NCBI GenBank assembly: GCA_034434515.1
Contig: DAOTZA010000043.1
Span: 1,999-65,998 of the forward strand
From: Anaerolineales bacterium
GTDB lineage: Bacteria; Chloroflexota; Anaerolineae; Anaerolineales; UBA4823
DNA length: 64,000 bases
Direction: 5' to 3'
The position numbers and the translations under genes are program-made. Within the stretch, counting starts at the first letter, position 1, and the number at the start of each line of letters is the position of its first letter. Below the pieces are notes generated by a model. That model saw nothing but the letters and a program-made list of their open reading frames with translations. It searched no databases and was not told where the DNA came from. Shown here one piece after another: positions 8,766 to 18,272 of the stretch.

Positions 8766-10676
8766 TTATAGACCAACAGCATCTGCTACCCATTCGATAC
8801 CCAAATCGACAAAGTTCGCTCGGGTGGGTAGACCATCTTGTGTCCAGCCCATGATCTGATAATACAGATCTAGAGCTTTTTCGAACTCATCCCTATCAAT
8901 CGCCACCCCTGCGGTCGGGCCGGTACCCACCAGTGGCTTGAAGAATTTGTTGGGCAAGGTATCATCTTTGCGGCTGAAGCCTTCGCGCAGATTGAAGGCT
9001 CGCATCATGTTGATCCGTCGCTCACCGACTTTCATCAACTCATACAGAGAAACATCCCACCCGGTAACCGCCTTTACCATATTCACTAATTCGGTAGGTC
9101 CATAAAGGGTCCAGGCAGGCCCCCATACAAACTGGCACAGCTCCAGGGTGTCCAAAATGCTATAGAAGATTTGACTATATGCTGCAAAGCGTACCTTTTC
9201 AGCGTTCAAACTACCTTCTGGTGGTGGATCCTTCAAATCCAATTCCGCCAGACGTTTCAAATACAGCTCACTGGTGCCGGCTTCATACATCGGGTCGTGT
9301 TCGCTAGATTGATGGTCTGCTCCGAAGGGATTGACGGCGTAGATCACCGCTAAGGACTTTTTCGCTTGTGGCATATGCGCCGGAGCTTCCTCGTTTTTCA
9401 CTGTGATGAGACATTCCTCAGCTTCCGGGCCCCAGATTTTAGCTGCCCGTGCCGACCCTTGCGAGAGAATTGGACCTAACGCGCCACTCACAGTAACAAT
9501 CTGACGCAACGCCTCCAACATCGCCTCAGCATTACCAAATTTCAATTCCAACCCACCAGTCTGTTCTTTACCAATGATGCCTTTCTCAAAGCATTCCATG
9601 GCGAAGGCGATAGTTGCCCCGCAGGTGATCGTATCCACCCCGTATTGATTGCATATCTCATTCGCCTTGCTGATAGCAACCAGATCACCAACCCCACAAT
9701 ACGACCCAAAGGTGCTAAGGGTCTCATACTCCGGTCCACCATACAGAGGATCGACTGTCAAGGGGCCTTCTTTTACTTCGACAACCCGTTTGCATCTTAC
9801 TACGCAAGCATAGCAGGTGTCGCGTTCCTTGAGGATCGTATCATACATGGTCTCCCCGCTGATCTGCTCACACAGTTCAAACTGCCCCTCGTTATAGTTG
9901 CGTGTCGGCAGAGTTCCCCAGGCATTTTGAGGCATAACAACGCTGGCAGTACCGTACTTCCCCAAACCGTCGACATCCGGGTTTTCCGGCATCCATTTTG
10001 GCCCCAATTTATTGATCTCAGCCAATTTTTTCGCATCAAAGATAGCCGGTTTTTGGGTGCCGCGCACTGCTATGGCTCGCAAATTCTTGCTTGCCATCAC
10101 CAGGCCCATCCCCGTGCGTCCATTGTTGCGATTGCTCATGCTCACCACGCTAGAGAAAAACACCCCGTTCTCGGCTGCCGGTCCAACCTGAAGCACCTCC
10201 GCCTTTGGTTCTCCCAATTCCTGCCGGATGATAGCTTCAGCCTCCCCGGTTAACTTGCCTACCAAATGAGAGGCATCGTGGATTTCTGCCTTGCCATTCA
10301 AAATCGAAAGATAGACCGGCTTTTCTGATCTGCCACGCACCACAATCCCATCAAAACCGGCAAATTTCAATTCGGCAGGGAAGAAACCACCTCCCTGACT
10401 ATCCCCGATGGCACCGCTCATGGGCGACTTGGCATTGATATTTACCCGACTCTGGCCCGAAATCGCAGCCCCGGTCGTCACACTCACCATAATAGTCAGG
10501 ACATTTTCAGGACCAAGTGGCTCTGCCTTTGGAGGCACATCTCTCAAAATGTAGTACATTCCCATCGCCGAACCGCCCATGTACTTGCGATAAAACGCTT
10601 CTGGGGGTTCTTCAACTTCGAGTTTACGCCGTGTCAGATCAACATGTAAGATTTTTCCGGTATATCCGTAAGGCAT
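8766..10676 (-). CDS. Aldehyde:ferredoxin oxidoreductase family protein (AOR paralogue 2, 636 aa)
   Basis: Start at ATG 10676 after AAGGAG. N-terminus MPYGYTGKILHVDLT. [4Fe-4S] motif CYACVVRC and pterin motif YGVDTITCG. Confidence 0.85.
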   Translation of the reverse strand: MPYGYTGKILHVDLTRRKLEVEEPPEAFYRKYMGGSAMGMYYILRDVPPKAEPLGPENVLTIMVSVTTGAAISGQSRVNINAKSPMSGAIGDSQGGGFFPAELKFAGFDGIVVRGRSEKPVYLSILNGKAEIHDASHLVGKLTGEAEAIIRQELGEPKAEVLQVGPAAENGVFFSSVVSMSNRNNGRTGMGLVMASKNLRAIAVRGTQKPAIFDAKKLAEINKLGPKWMPENPDVDGLGKYGTASVVMPQNAWGTLPTRNYNEGQFELCEQISGETMYDTILKERDTCYACVVRCKRVVEVKEGPLTVDPLYGGPEYETLSTFGSYCGVGDLVAISKANEICNQYGVDTITCGATIAFAMECFEKGIIGKEQTGGLELKFGNAEAMLEALRQIVTVSGALGPILSQGSARAAKIWGPEAEECLITVKNEEAPAHMPQAKKSLAVIYAVNPFGADHQSSEHDPMYEAGTSELYLKRLAELDLKDPPPEGSLNAEKVRFAAYSQIFYSILDTLELCQFVWGPAWTLYGPTELVNMVKAVTGWDVSLYELMKVGERRINMMRAFNLREGFSRKDDTLPNKFFKPLVGTGPTAGVAIDRDEFEKALDLYYQIMGWTQDGLPTRANFVDLGIEWVADAVGL

Positions 10677-10742
10677 TTTTTCACTCCTTTCTATATTTCC
10701 TAATTTTTGTATTACCAATATTTTGGCGACTCCTTCAGTCTC

Positions 10743-12320
10743 TTATTCTTCAGCAGACAACCCCTTGAAACCAATTGCATTGGTCATGTCCACCGGATTT
10801 CCAAAAATATCGGTCAGCGATTTGGGTGGATCCATCTTCTGGGTCAGCAGGGATACAACAATGAAGAAAATCACAGACAGGATAAAAGCCGGAGTTGAGG
10901 CGATATAGATTGCATCCCATGTGGCGCACTCGACTTCGAGTTCACAGACTTCAAGGGTTTGCGGGTAGTAATAGAAAGTCAGGATGATCCACGAAATCAC
11001 TCCGCTAAAGAATGACGCCAGCGCGCCAGTATGGTTGGCTTTCTTCCAGTGCATCCCGATAATATACGGAGCTGCCATCCCAACCAGAATGCTTGTATTA
11101 CTCAAGACGGCCAGGCGATAAATCGTTGAAGCAAATAAAGCAATGATTAAGCTTAACAAGCCACTGACCAGCAAAGATAAACGCGTCAATAGTAACTCGG
11201 TCTTATCGCTGAGATTGGGCTTAAAAACTTTGATGATATTCTGGGTAAACATCGTCGCGCCGGCCAGCAAGGAACTATCCGAGGTACTCATTAAGGCTGA
11301 GGCAAGGGCGGCAATAAACGCCGCAGCCAACACTGGCGGCAAGAATTTCATTGCCATCGTGACTAATATGAATTCCGCCTCATCTGCTCCAATGTCCGAG
11401 CCAACAGCACCATAGGCAGCCATTCCAATCAAGGGCGACAAGATGCCAAAACCCAAATAAAGGGCAGCAGCCAGATAAGTGGATTGAACAGCCACTTTCT
11501 CATTTTGAGCAGCACAGGTGCGTTGCAAATAATCCTGTGCTGGAATAGCCCCTAAACCCAAGGCAATCCAGGCTGCCACATAATACAAGGCTCCCAATCC
11601 ACCCGTGTAACCAAGATACCCCTCGTCTTTTATTGGCCAGATAGCAAAAGGCTCAGAAACATACTGCGCCCCAGCCAGGCCAAAAAATTCCCGGACGCCT
11701 CCTACATGGCTGATGATCCCAATCGTAATCATCACCAGCCCAAAGGAGGTCAGGAACATCTGCATAAAGTCTAACGCTGTATCCGCCCACAACCCGCCAA
11801 GGAGGGTGTAGAAAGTAACCACAACCGCAACCATGATCATACCCGCTGAAAGCGGCCACCCCAGCAAGGCAGCCAGGATCGCTCCACCAGCCACAATTTG
11901 GGCTGCCGTCCATCCAAAATACGTGATAATCTGAGTCACCGTTCCAATCACCGACATTGCAGTTCCATATCGATGTTGGAAAAAATCCATGATCGTGATA
12001 TATTGAGCACGGCGGGCAATGCGGACAATCAAAAAGCCGGCGATAACCAAACACATTGTTGCCCCAAACGGATCAAAGACGACCCCTTGAAAGCCATACT
12101 GATAGGCGAAGGAGCTGGATCCCATCAGCGTCTCAGCCGCAAACCAGGTTGCCATGATTGACGGAGCAGCCATCCAAACCGGCAACCTTCTTCCCGCTAG
12201 CACATAGTCCACGTTTGTCTCCACCTTTTTTGACGCCCAATATCCAATGATCATGCGGATAATCAGAATAATCACAATTCCCCCAATGACAATACCCGCA
12301 TATTCGTATTCGCCGTTCAT
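10743..12320 (-). CDS. Sodium:solute symporter (SSS/SSF) family transporter, intact paralogue
   Basis: 525 aa and polytopic. SSS N-terminal signature (DYVLAGRRLP...ATWFAAETLMG). RBS AAGGAG. Confidence 0.8.
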   Translation of the reverse strand: MNGEYEYAGIVIGGIVIILIIRMIIGYWASKKVETNVDYVLAGRRLPVWMAAPSIMATWFAAETLMGSSSFAYQYGFQGVVFDPFGATMCLVIAGFLIVRIARRAQYITIMDFFQHRYGTAMSVIGTVTQIITYFGWTAAQIVAGGAILAALLGWPLSAGMIMVAVVVTFYTLLGGLWADTALDFMQMFLTSFGLVMITIGIISHVGGVREFFGLAGAQYVSEPFAIWPIKDEGYLGYTGGLGALYYVAAWIALGLGAIPAQDYLQRTCAAQNEKVAVQSTYLAAALYLGFGILSPLIGMAAYGAVGSDIGADEAEFILVTMAMKFLPPVLAAAFIAALASALMSTSDSSLLAGATMFTQNIIKVFKPNLSDKTELLLTRLSLLVSGLLSLIIALFASTIYRLAVLSNTSILVGMAAPYIIGMHWKKANHTGALASFFSGVISWIILTFYYYPQTLEVCELEVECATWDAIYIASTPAFILSVIFFIVVSLLTQKMDPPKSLTDIFGNPVDMTNAIGFKGLSAEE

Positions 12321-12359
12321 TCGTCACTCCTTCTCGAACTTTAATATATATATTGGGGG

Positions 12360-13565
12360 TTAATATTCCTTAACCTTATACGGAAAACCGTAGCTCTCCA
12401 TTCGCTCCATAAAGGGAAGCGGGTCAAAGGCCTCAGGGCCAAATACTCCAGCGCCTTTCCAGATTCCATGCTCTATGAGTTCCCAGCCAATAACCGGGTT
12501 AAAAGCTGTTTGGGCAACAACGGCTTGACAGCCTAATCGGCGCATGCATTCCTCATTATCCGCAACCTGATAGATATAAACCTGGCGCGGCTTTCCATCT
12601 TTGATGCCTTTCACCCAGGTGCCAGCGCAGGTTTTACCAAACATTTTATCTCCTAAATGGGCTGGGTCCGGCAGACAGGCCGCCACAACGTCCCGAGGAG
12701 CAACCCAAACGTCTTTCACCTTGATCGGCTCTTTGTTGTCCAATCCCAACATCTTCAGGGTCTTGAGTACGTTGATAAATTGATCACCAAGTCCATATTT
12801 AAAGGTGACTCGCTTACACTTAATCCAGCGAGGGATTAACAACACCTCTTCGTGTTCAACATTGACACATTCAATTTTTCCAATTCCTTCGGGAAACTCG
12901 AAGACTTCTGGTTCCGAGAACGGTTCGGTCGTATACCAGCCTTTGTCTGCCTCCCAAATCACCGGCGGATTCAGACATTCTTCGATGGTCGTCCAGATGG
13001 AAAAGTTCGGTGCAAACTCATAACCGCGCACCTCAAGATTTGCCCCATCCCGGATCCCAATTTCCTCAATTTCATCAAAGAGATAATCCTGTGCATAGCG
13101 GGCAAAAACATCTGCCATGCCTGGTTCAACCCCCAAGCCCAGGATCGCCAGAAGTCCTTTTTTCTCCCACAGTTCAGCGCGTTCGAACTGGTAATCACCT
13201 AATTTCACGCCACATTGCCGATATGGATCAGATGGATGTGGCTCTGATAACGACATTGCCATATCCATATACGAACAACCGTAATGGTAAGCCGCTTCAA
13301 ATATCGGCACATTGAAAGAGGGATCGCAAGCATTCATGATTAAATCAACTTTATACTTCTTTGCCAGCTCCTCGATTTGCTCCTGATGGCTTGCATCTAC
13401 CCACTCACCCGGGAAACGCTGAGTATCTCCCAGTTTACCTTGAACTTCCTTGATTCGTTCAGTATTGTAGTCGGAGAGTACCACTTGCTTTACCCAGGGT
13501 TGCGATTTGGCAATCACTGCGATTGCCTCGCCGACTCCACCTACGCCAACTAACAGGACCTTCAT
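12360..13565 (-). CDS. Saccharopine-dehydrogenase-fold enzyme, carboxy(nor)spermidine dehydrogenase-like
   Basis: N-terminal Rossmann motif KVLLVGVGGVGEAIA. Internal segments (YLFDEIEEIGIRDGAN; LPDPAHLG...TCAGTWVKGIKDGKPRQVYIY; GVFGPEAFDPLPFMERM) resemble the CANSDH branch as I remember it. RBS GAGGAG. Confidence 0.65.
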   Translation of the reverse strand: MKVLLVGVGGVGEAIAVIAKSQPWVKQVVLSDYNTERIKEVQGKLGDTQRFPGEWVDASHQEQIEELAKKYKVDLIMNACDPSFNVPIFEAAYHYGCSYMDMAMSLSEPHPSDPYRQCGVKLGDYQFERAELWEKKGLLAILGLGVEPGMADVFARYAQDYLFDEIEEIGIRDGANLEVRGYEFAPNFSIWTTIEECLNPPVIWEADKGWYTTEPFSEPEVFEFPEGIGKIECVNVEHEEVLLIPRWIKCKRVTFKYGLGDQFINVLKTLKMLGLDNKEPIKVKDVWVAPRDVVAACLPDPAHLGDKMFGKTCAGTWVKGIKDGKPRQVYIYQVADNEECMRRLGCQAVVAQTAFNPVIGWELIEHGIWKGAGVFGPEAFDPLPFMERMESYGFPYKVKEY

Positions 13566-13606
13566 GGTCGATTTATCTCCTCTCTATTTCTTCATTTGTG
13601 ACCCTG

Positions 13607-13659
13607 CAGAGACACTACCATAGAATGAATTTGTATTTTCTAAAGGCAGTGTCTCTGCG
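13607..13659 (-). repeat. 14-bp (one mismatch) hairpin in the 106-nt spacer between the patA-like and CANSDH-like genes
   Basis: GCAGAGACACTACC (13607-13620), 25-nt loop, GGCAGTGTCTCTGC (13646-13659). No U-run follows on the transcribed (minus) strand. Confidence 0.55.
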
Positions 13660-13671
13660 CCATGATTTTTC

Positions 13672-15033
13672 TTAATGAATGGTCTTGGCGACCTCGGCTA
13701 AGGTATCTGCAAGGCGATTCAAGACTTCGTCGATTTGTTCATATGTGATGACCAATGGAGGCTCAATGCGAATGGTATGCGCGCTGGTAAGCGTTCCGGC
13801 AACCAGGACCCCGCGCTTAAATAGGCCGGCTGCCACCTTATATCCGACTTCAGCATCATGGAAATGTTGACCAATTAACAACCCCTTACCGGTGATACTA
13901 TGGTAGATTTGCGGATACTTTGCAGCCAGTTCCTGCAATTTTGGCATAAGGTATTCACCCTTTGCTGCAGCTTGTTCCCACAACCGATCACGCAGAGTCA
14001 CGTGGATGGCAGCAATTGCTGCGCTACAAGCCAATGCGCCGCCACCGGTAGTCGTGGTATGAATAAACGGATTTGGGTACATCATGCACTGCCAGATTTC
14101 CTCGGTTGAGCAAAACGCGCTGACCGGCATCACACCTCCACCAAGCGACTTCGCCACCGAAAGGATATCTGGCACCACATTCCAGTGCTCAACTCCCCAC
14201 AACTTTCCGGTGCGCCCCATACCGGTTTGCACTTCATCCGCGATTAGCAATACTCCATAATGTTTCGTTAGCTCCCGGACGCGCGGCCAGAAATCATCGG
14301 GTGGAACGATGGCCCCTGCTTCTCCTTGAATAGGCTCAAAGAGAACCGCGGCAATATCAATCCCCACTTTTTTGCAGATATCCAGTTGTCGTTCCACGGC
14401 ATCTGCATCACCAAACGGCACATGATAAACCGGCCCGCCATAGAGAAGCCCTGGGGGTTGTCGATAATCGGCCTTACCCATCATGCTCAGTGAACCCATT
14501 GTTTTACCATGAAAAGCTTTTACCGCCACGATAAAGCCACTCTTCTTGGTATACATCTTTGCCAGTTTAATTGCTCCTTCAACGGCTTCCGTTCCGCTTG
14601 CGCAGAAGAAACTGTACTTAATATCACCAGGGGTTATCTGTGCCATTAAACGGGCAAGCACACCGCGCAACGGATCGATCAGCTCCTGACTGGGCATTGG
14701 CGTGCGATTTAACTGATTCCGCACCGCTTCCACTACTTCTGGATGCGCCCAGCCTAAATCAAACAACCCATAGCCGCCGAGGCAATCAATATACTCCCGA
14801 CCGAGGACATCGCGAAAAATCGCACCATTGCCCGTCCATTCGGTAGCCGCCCAATCGCCCGCTTCGGTGACCGATTTTCGATACTCAAGCCAGCCTTTAT
14901 TGAAATGCTCAGCAAAGTTATACAAACTCTCTTCTATGATTTGTTTCCCCTCTGCCTCATTTACTTCGCTTTTCGCGATGATTTCCAACCACTTGCTGGC
15001 ATATTCCTGGGCTTGATCTAAAGTTTGAGGCAT
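13672..15033 (-). CDS. patA: Class-III PLP aminotransferase, putrescine (diamine) aminotransferase-like
   Basis: ATG at 15033 after AAGGAG. It has the long N-terminal extension and motifs of the YgjG/PatA subgroup (FAEHFNKGWLEYRKSV, IDCLGGYG, KYSFFCASGTEAVEGAIKLAK, FEPIQGEAG, DEVQTGMGRTGK, AKSLGGGVMP, HTTTTGG, TIRIEPPL). Confidence 0.7.
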   Translation of the reverse strand: MPQTLDQAQEYASKWLEIIAKSEVNEAEGKQIIEESLYNFAEHFNKGWLEYRKSVTEAGDWAATEWTGNGAIFRDVLGREYIDCLGGYGLFDLGWAHPEVVEAVRNQLNRTPMPSQELIDPLRGVLARLMAQITPGDIKYSFFCASGTEAVEGAIKLAKMYTKKSGFIVAVKAFHGKTMGSLSMMGKADYRQPPGLLYGGPVYHVPFGDADAVERQLDICKKVGIDIAAVLFEPIQGEAGAIVPPDDFWPRVRELTKHYGVLLIADEVQTGMGRTGKLWGVEHWNVVPDILSVAKSLGGGVMPVSAFCSTEEIWQCMMYPNPFIHTTTTGGGALACSAAIAAIHVTLRDRLWEQAAAKGEYLMPKLQELAAKYPQIYHSITGKGLLIGQHFHDAEVGYKVAAGLFKRGVLVAGTLTSAHTIRIEPPLVITYEQIDEVLNRLADTLAEVAKTIH

Positions 15034-15059
15034 AATCAATCTCCTTTCTAAAATTTTGG

Positions 15060-16688
15060 TTAGTCTGCTGTGGCTGTGGATACTTCTGCTTCCTCCTCAG
15101 GTTTAACCCAAATAGCTTCTTTCAAAGAGAGTAATCCAAGTTGCAGTTTCAGTTCTAACGGATTCCCATCCACATCGGTCAACTGCATCGCTGGATCCGA
15201 TTTTTGGGTTGCCAAAGAAACGACCACCTGCAAAACAGCCGAAATAATGAATGCCGGGAATGAGCTGATATAGACGGCATCCCAGAAAGCGCATTCGAAA
15301 TCGGCTTCACAAATTGCGTAAGTCGATGTATGATAGTAAAAGATGCCTAAGACCACCCACGCGACGAATCCTCCCACCAACGCCGCTATTGCACCGGATT
15401 TATTTGCCTTTTTCCAATACATCCCAAAGGCAAAGGGTGCAAACAATCCAATCAGCAAAATTGACCAGGCGACCATCGCCAGTTTATAGATGGTACCCGC
15501 CCAAAGCGCAATGGCGATGCTGATAAAACCGATCACCAGAACCATGATGCGAGTTAGCAGCAATTTTTATTTTTCACCCATTTCTTTGACAAACAATGGC
15601 ACGATATTTTCGGTCACCACCGAAGCCCCGGCAAGCACTGAAGAGTCCGAAGTACTCATCAGTGCCGAAGCCAGCGCTGCAATAAATAGGGCAGTCAAAA
15701 CCGGATGTAAATGTTCCATGGCGGCTGTTACTAGCAAGAATTCAGTCTGTTCCGGGGCGATATTTGGATTTAGTTTGAACATCATGATCCCGATCAAAGG
15801 AGACATAACCCCAAACGTGAGATACAGCACCCCAGCAATATACGAACCCCACACCGAAGTTGCTTCATTCTTGGCTGCCATCGATCGTTGCATCAGGTCT
15901 TGGGTAGGCACACTCCCAAAGCCAATTGCTAACCAGGCGGCAATCCAATAAAAGATACCAATATAGCCAGTATAGCCCAAATACCCCTCGTCTTTAATCG
16001 GCAATAAGGTTAGGGGATCCGAGACATATAATGATCCGGCTCCTTCGACCATCCCGCGAAAACCACCTACGGCATTTAACACCCCAATGAAAATCAAGGT
16101 CACCCCACCAGCGGTCAAGAACATTTGCATAAAGTCCAGCAGGGTATCCGCCCACATTCCCCCCATGAAAGTATAGAATGTCACAATGGTCGCTACCAGA
16201 ATCATCCCGGTTGCAACCGGCCAGCCTAAGAGAGCATGAATGATATTTCCGCCCGCCACGATTTGCGCCCCCGTCCAGGCAAAATAGGTTGCCAACTGAG
16301 CCAGCGAAGTCAGGAAACTCATTTCCTTCCCAAAGCGCCGTTCAAAGAAGTCAACCACCGTTAGATACCTGGCTCGGCGCATTAGACGAATAAAAAACAA
16401 CCCGGAAATGAACAAACAGGCCGCCGCCCCAAAGGGATCAAACACCACACCTTGCAAGCCATACTGGTAGGCAGTAGAACTTGCCCCCATCATCGTCTCA
16501 GCGGCGAACCAGGTTGCCATGATGGAGGCTGAAGCAAGGTAGATCGGTAACCGCCGCCCGGCAACAATATAATCGGCTGAATTTTCAACCTTGCGAGAGG
16601 CATAATAGCCAACTGCCAAACGAATCAGAAACAAAAATACGATTCCCCCAATAACGAGTCCAGCATATTCGTAGCCTTGCATTTCCAT
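15060..16688 (-). pseudogene. SSS-family transporter paralogue interrupted by a single in-frame TAA (15564-15566)
   Basis: ORFs 15567-16688 (373 aa) and 15060-15563 (167 aa) are in the same frame. They align end to end with the intact 525-aa paralogue, with ...VKEMGEK*KLLLTR matching ...KPNLSDKTELLLTR. There is no other lesion. Confidence 0.65.
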
Positions 16689-16774
16689 TTCTATCCTCCA
16701 AACTTAGGGGTCTTCATCTTTTGCTAATCATTGCTGGAAGTAAAATTTTTCTTCTCTGCGTTCTCACCTCCTCT

Positions 16775-18247
16775 TTAGAACTTTCGCGTCCATTCTTTTG
16801 GCCAGCGCTCGATGACCACTTTCTTTTGGGTAAAGAATTCAACGGCATCCATACTTTGCCCATGCAGATCTCCAAAGAAACTTTCTTTCCACCCACTAAA
16901 GGGGAAGTAAGCCATCGGCGCTGCAACACCAATGTTGATACCCACATTGCCTGCCTGGACATGATAGCGGAATTTTCGCGCAGCTTCTCCGCTTTTCGTA
17001 AACAAACAAGCCATGTTGCCATAGTCCCCTAAATTGACCAAATCAATGGCTTCCTCGATGGTATTGACCGGCATGACGCTGAGGACAGGGCCAAAAATCT
17101 CGGTGCGGAACAATTCGCCTTGCGGAGGGATGTTCAGGATGACGGTTGGCTTGACAAAATTGCCCTTCTCATAGCCTTTGATCACAGCCCCCCGACCATC
17201 CACCAGAATCGTCGCGTCTTCCTCTTCCGCCTTACCAATCAATCCTTCGATGCGCGCCTTGCTTTGCGGCGTGATGACCGGCCCCATCTCTACTCCTTCA
17301 TCCAAGCCATACCCTACCACGCGACTGCGGGCGATCTCACAGATTGCCTCGATGAAATCACGCTTCACTTCACCAACCGGCGCGACAATCGAGGTCGCTA
17401 AGCAACGTTGCCCGGCGCTGCCAAAGGCGCTATCTGCCAGCACTTTCGTTGCTGTCTCCAGATCAGCATCCGGCAAGACAACCGAGATATTTTTTGCGCC
17501 ACCCTGACACTGAGCCCGTTTTCCATTGGCAGCTGCTCGCGAGTAGATATAACGCGCCACAGGCGTTGAGCCGACCATGCTGATTGCCCGGATCAAGGGG
17601 TGATCCAGAATGGCATCCACCGTCTCTTTTGCGCCATTTACCAGATTAATCACTCCCTTGGGAAATCCACATTGCTCCATGAGAGCAAAGATTTTTTGCA
17701 TTGTCAAGGGCACCTTTTCCGATGGCTTGACAATAACGGTGTTTCCACAAGCCAATGCATAGGGCATGAACCAGAAGGGGATCATGCCAGGGAAGTTAAA
17801 CGGACAGATAATTGCCACGACTCCCACCGGCTGGCGAATAAAATATTCATCAATGCCCGGCGCAATATCTTCTGAGAAAGCCCCCTGCAGTAAAGAAGGG
17901 ATACCACTGGCAACTTCCACGTTCTCAACCGCACGGCGCATCTCACCCCGCGCTTCGATAATCGTCTTCCCACACTCCATGGTAATCTGGCGCGAAAGCT
18001 CCTCAAAATGCGCTTCCAGCAAGTTTTTTAACTTAAAGAGACATTGAATCCGATCCCCTGCCGGCGTCTCTCTCCAAACCTTTAACGCCCTTTGGGCAGC
18101 CTGAGCAGCTTCATCCACCTCTTGGGGTGGCGACAAGGGCACTTCCCCTAATTTTTCTGCCGTAGCCGGGTTATAAACTCCCCATACTTCAGTCGCTTTT
18201 GACACTCTCCATTCACCATCAATGTAGTTACGCACTTGGACGACCAT
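16775..18247 (-). CDS. mmsA: CoA-acylating methylmalonate/malonate-semialdehyde dehydrogenase
   Basis: ATG at 18247 after AAGGAG. ALDH fold with catalytic Cys (GQRCLA) and the MMSDH-type C-terminus ([25 protein letters not shown]...FFTQKKVV). Confidence 0.8.
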   Translation of the reverse strand: MVVQVRNYIDGEWRVSKATEVWGVYNPATAEKLGEVPLSPPQEVDEAAQAAQRALKVWRETPAGDRIQCLFKLKNLLEAHFEELSRQITMECGKTIIEARGEMRRAVENVEVASGIPSLLQGAFSEDIAPGIDEYFIRQPVGVVAIICPFNFPGMIPFWFMPYALACGNTVIVKPSEKVPLTMQKIFALMEQCGFPKGVINLVNGAKETVDAILDHPLIRAISMVGSTPVARYIYSRAAANGKRAQCQGGAKNISVVLPDADLETATKVLADSAFGSAGQRCLATSIVAPVGEVKRDFIEAICEIARSRVVGYGLDEGVEMGPVITPQSKARIEGLIGKAEEEDATILVDGRGAVIKGYEKGNFVKPTVILNIPPQGELFRTEIFGPVLSVMPVNTIEEAIDLVNLGDYGNMACLFTKSGEAARKFRYHVQAGNVGINIGVAAPMAYFPFSGWKESFFGDLHGQSMDAVEFFTQKKVVIERWPKEWTRKF

Positions 18248-18272
18248 TGCCAAACTCCTTCAGGTTTACGCA

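Noticed and set aside
9645-10253. A 202-aa plus-strand ORF antisense to AOR2. Similar long antisense ORFs occur at 20227-20733, 40397-40861, 52865-53329, 53593-54036 and 22162-22509.
   Set aside because: Each lies fully inside a well-supported gene on the other strand. Their composition is low-complexity or Arg/Ser/Pro-rich, typical of antisense frames, and they show no motifs.
15564-15566. Possible programmed recoding (selenocysteine or pyrrolysine) at the in-frame stop in the SSS transporter.
   Set aside because: The codon is TAA, not TGA or TAG. No SECIS-like element is evident. A nonsense mutation, sequencing error or split gene is more parsimonious.
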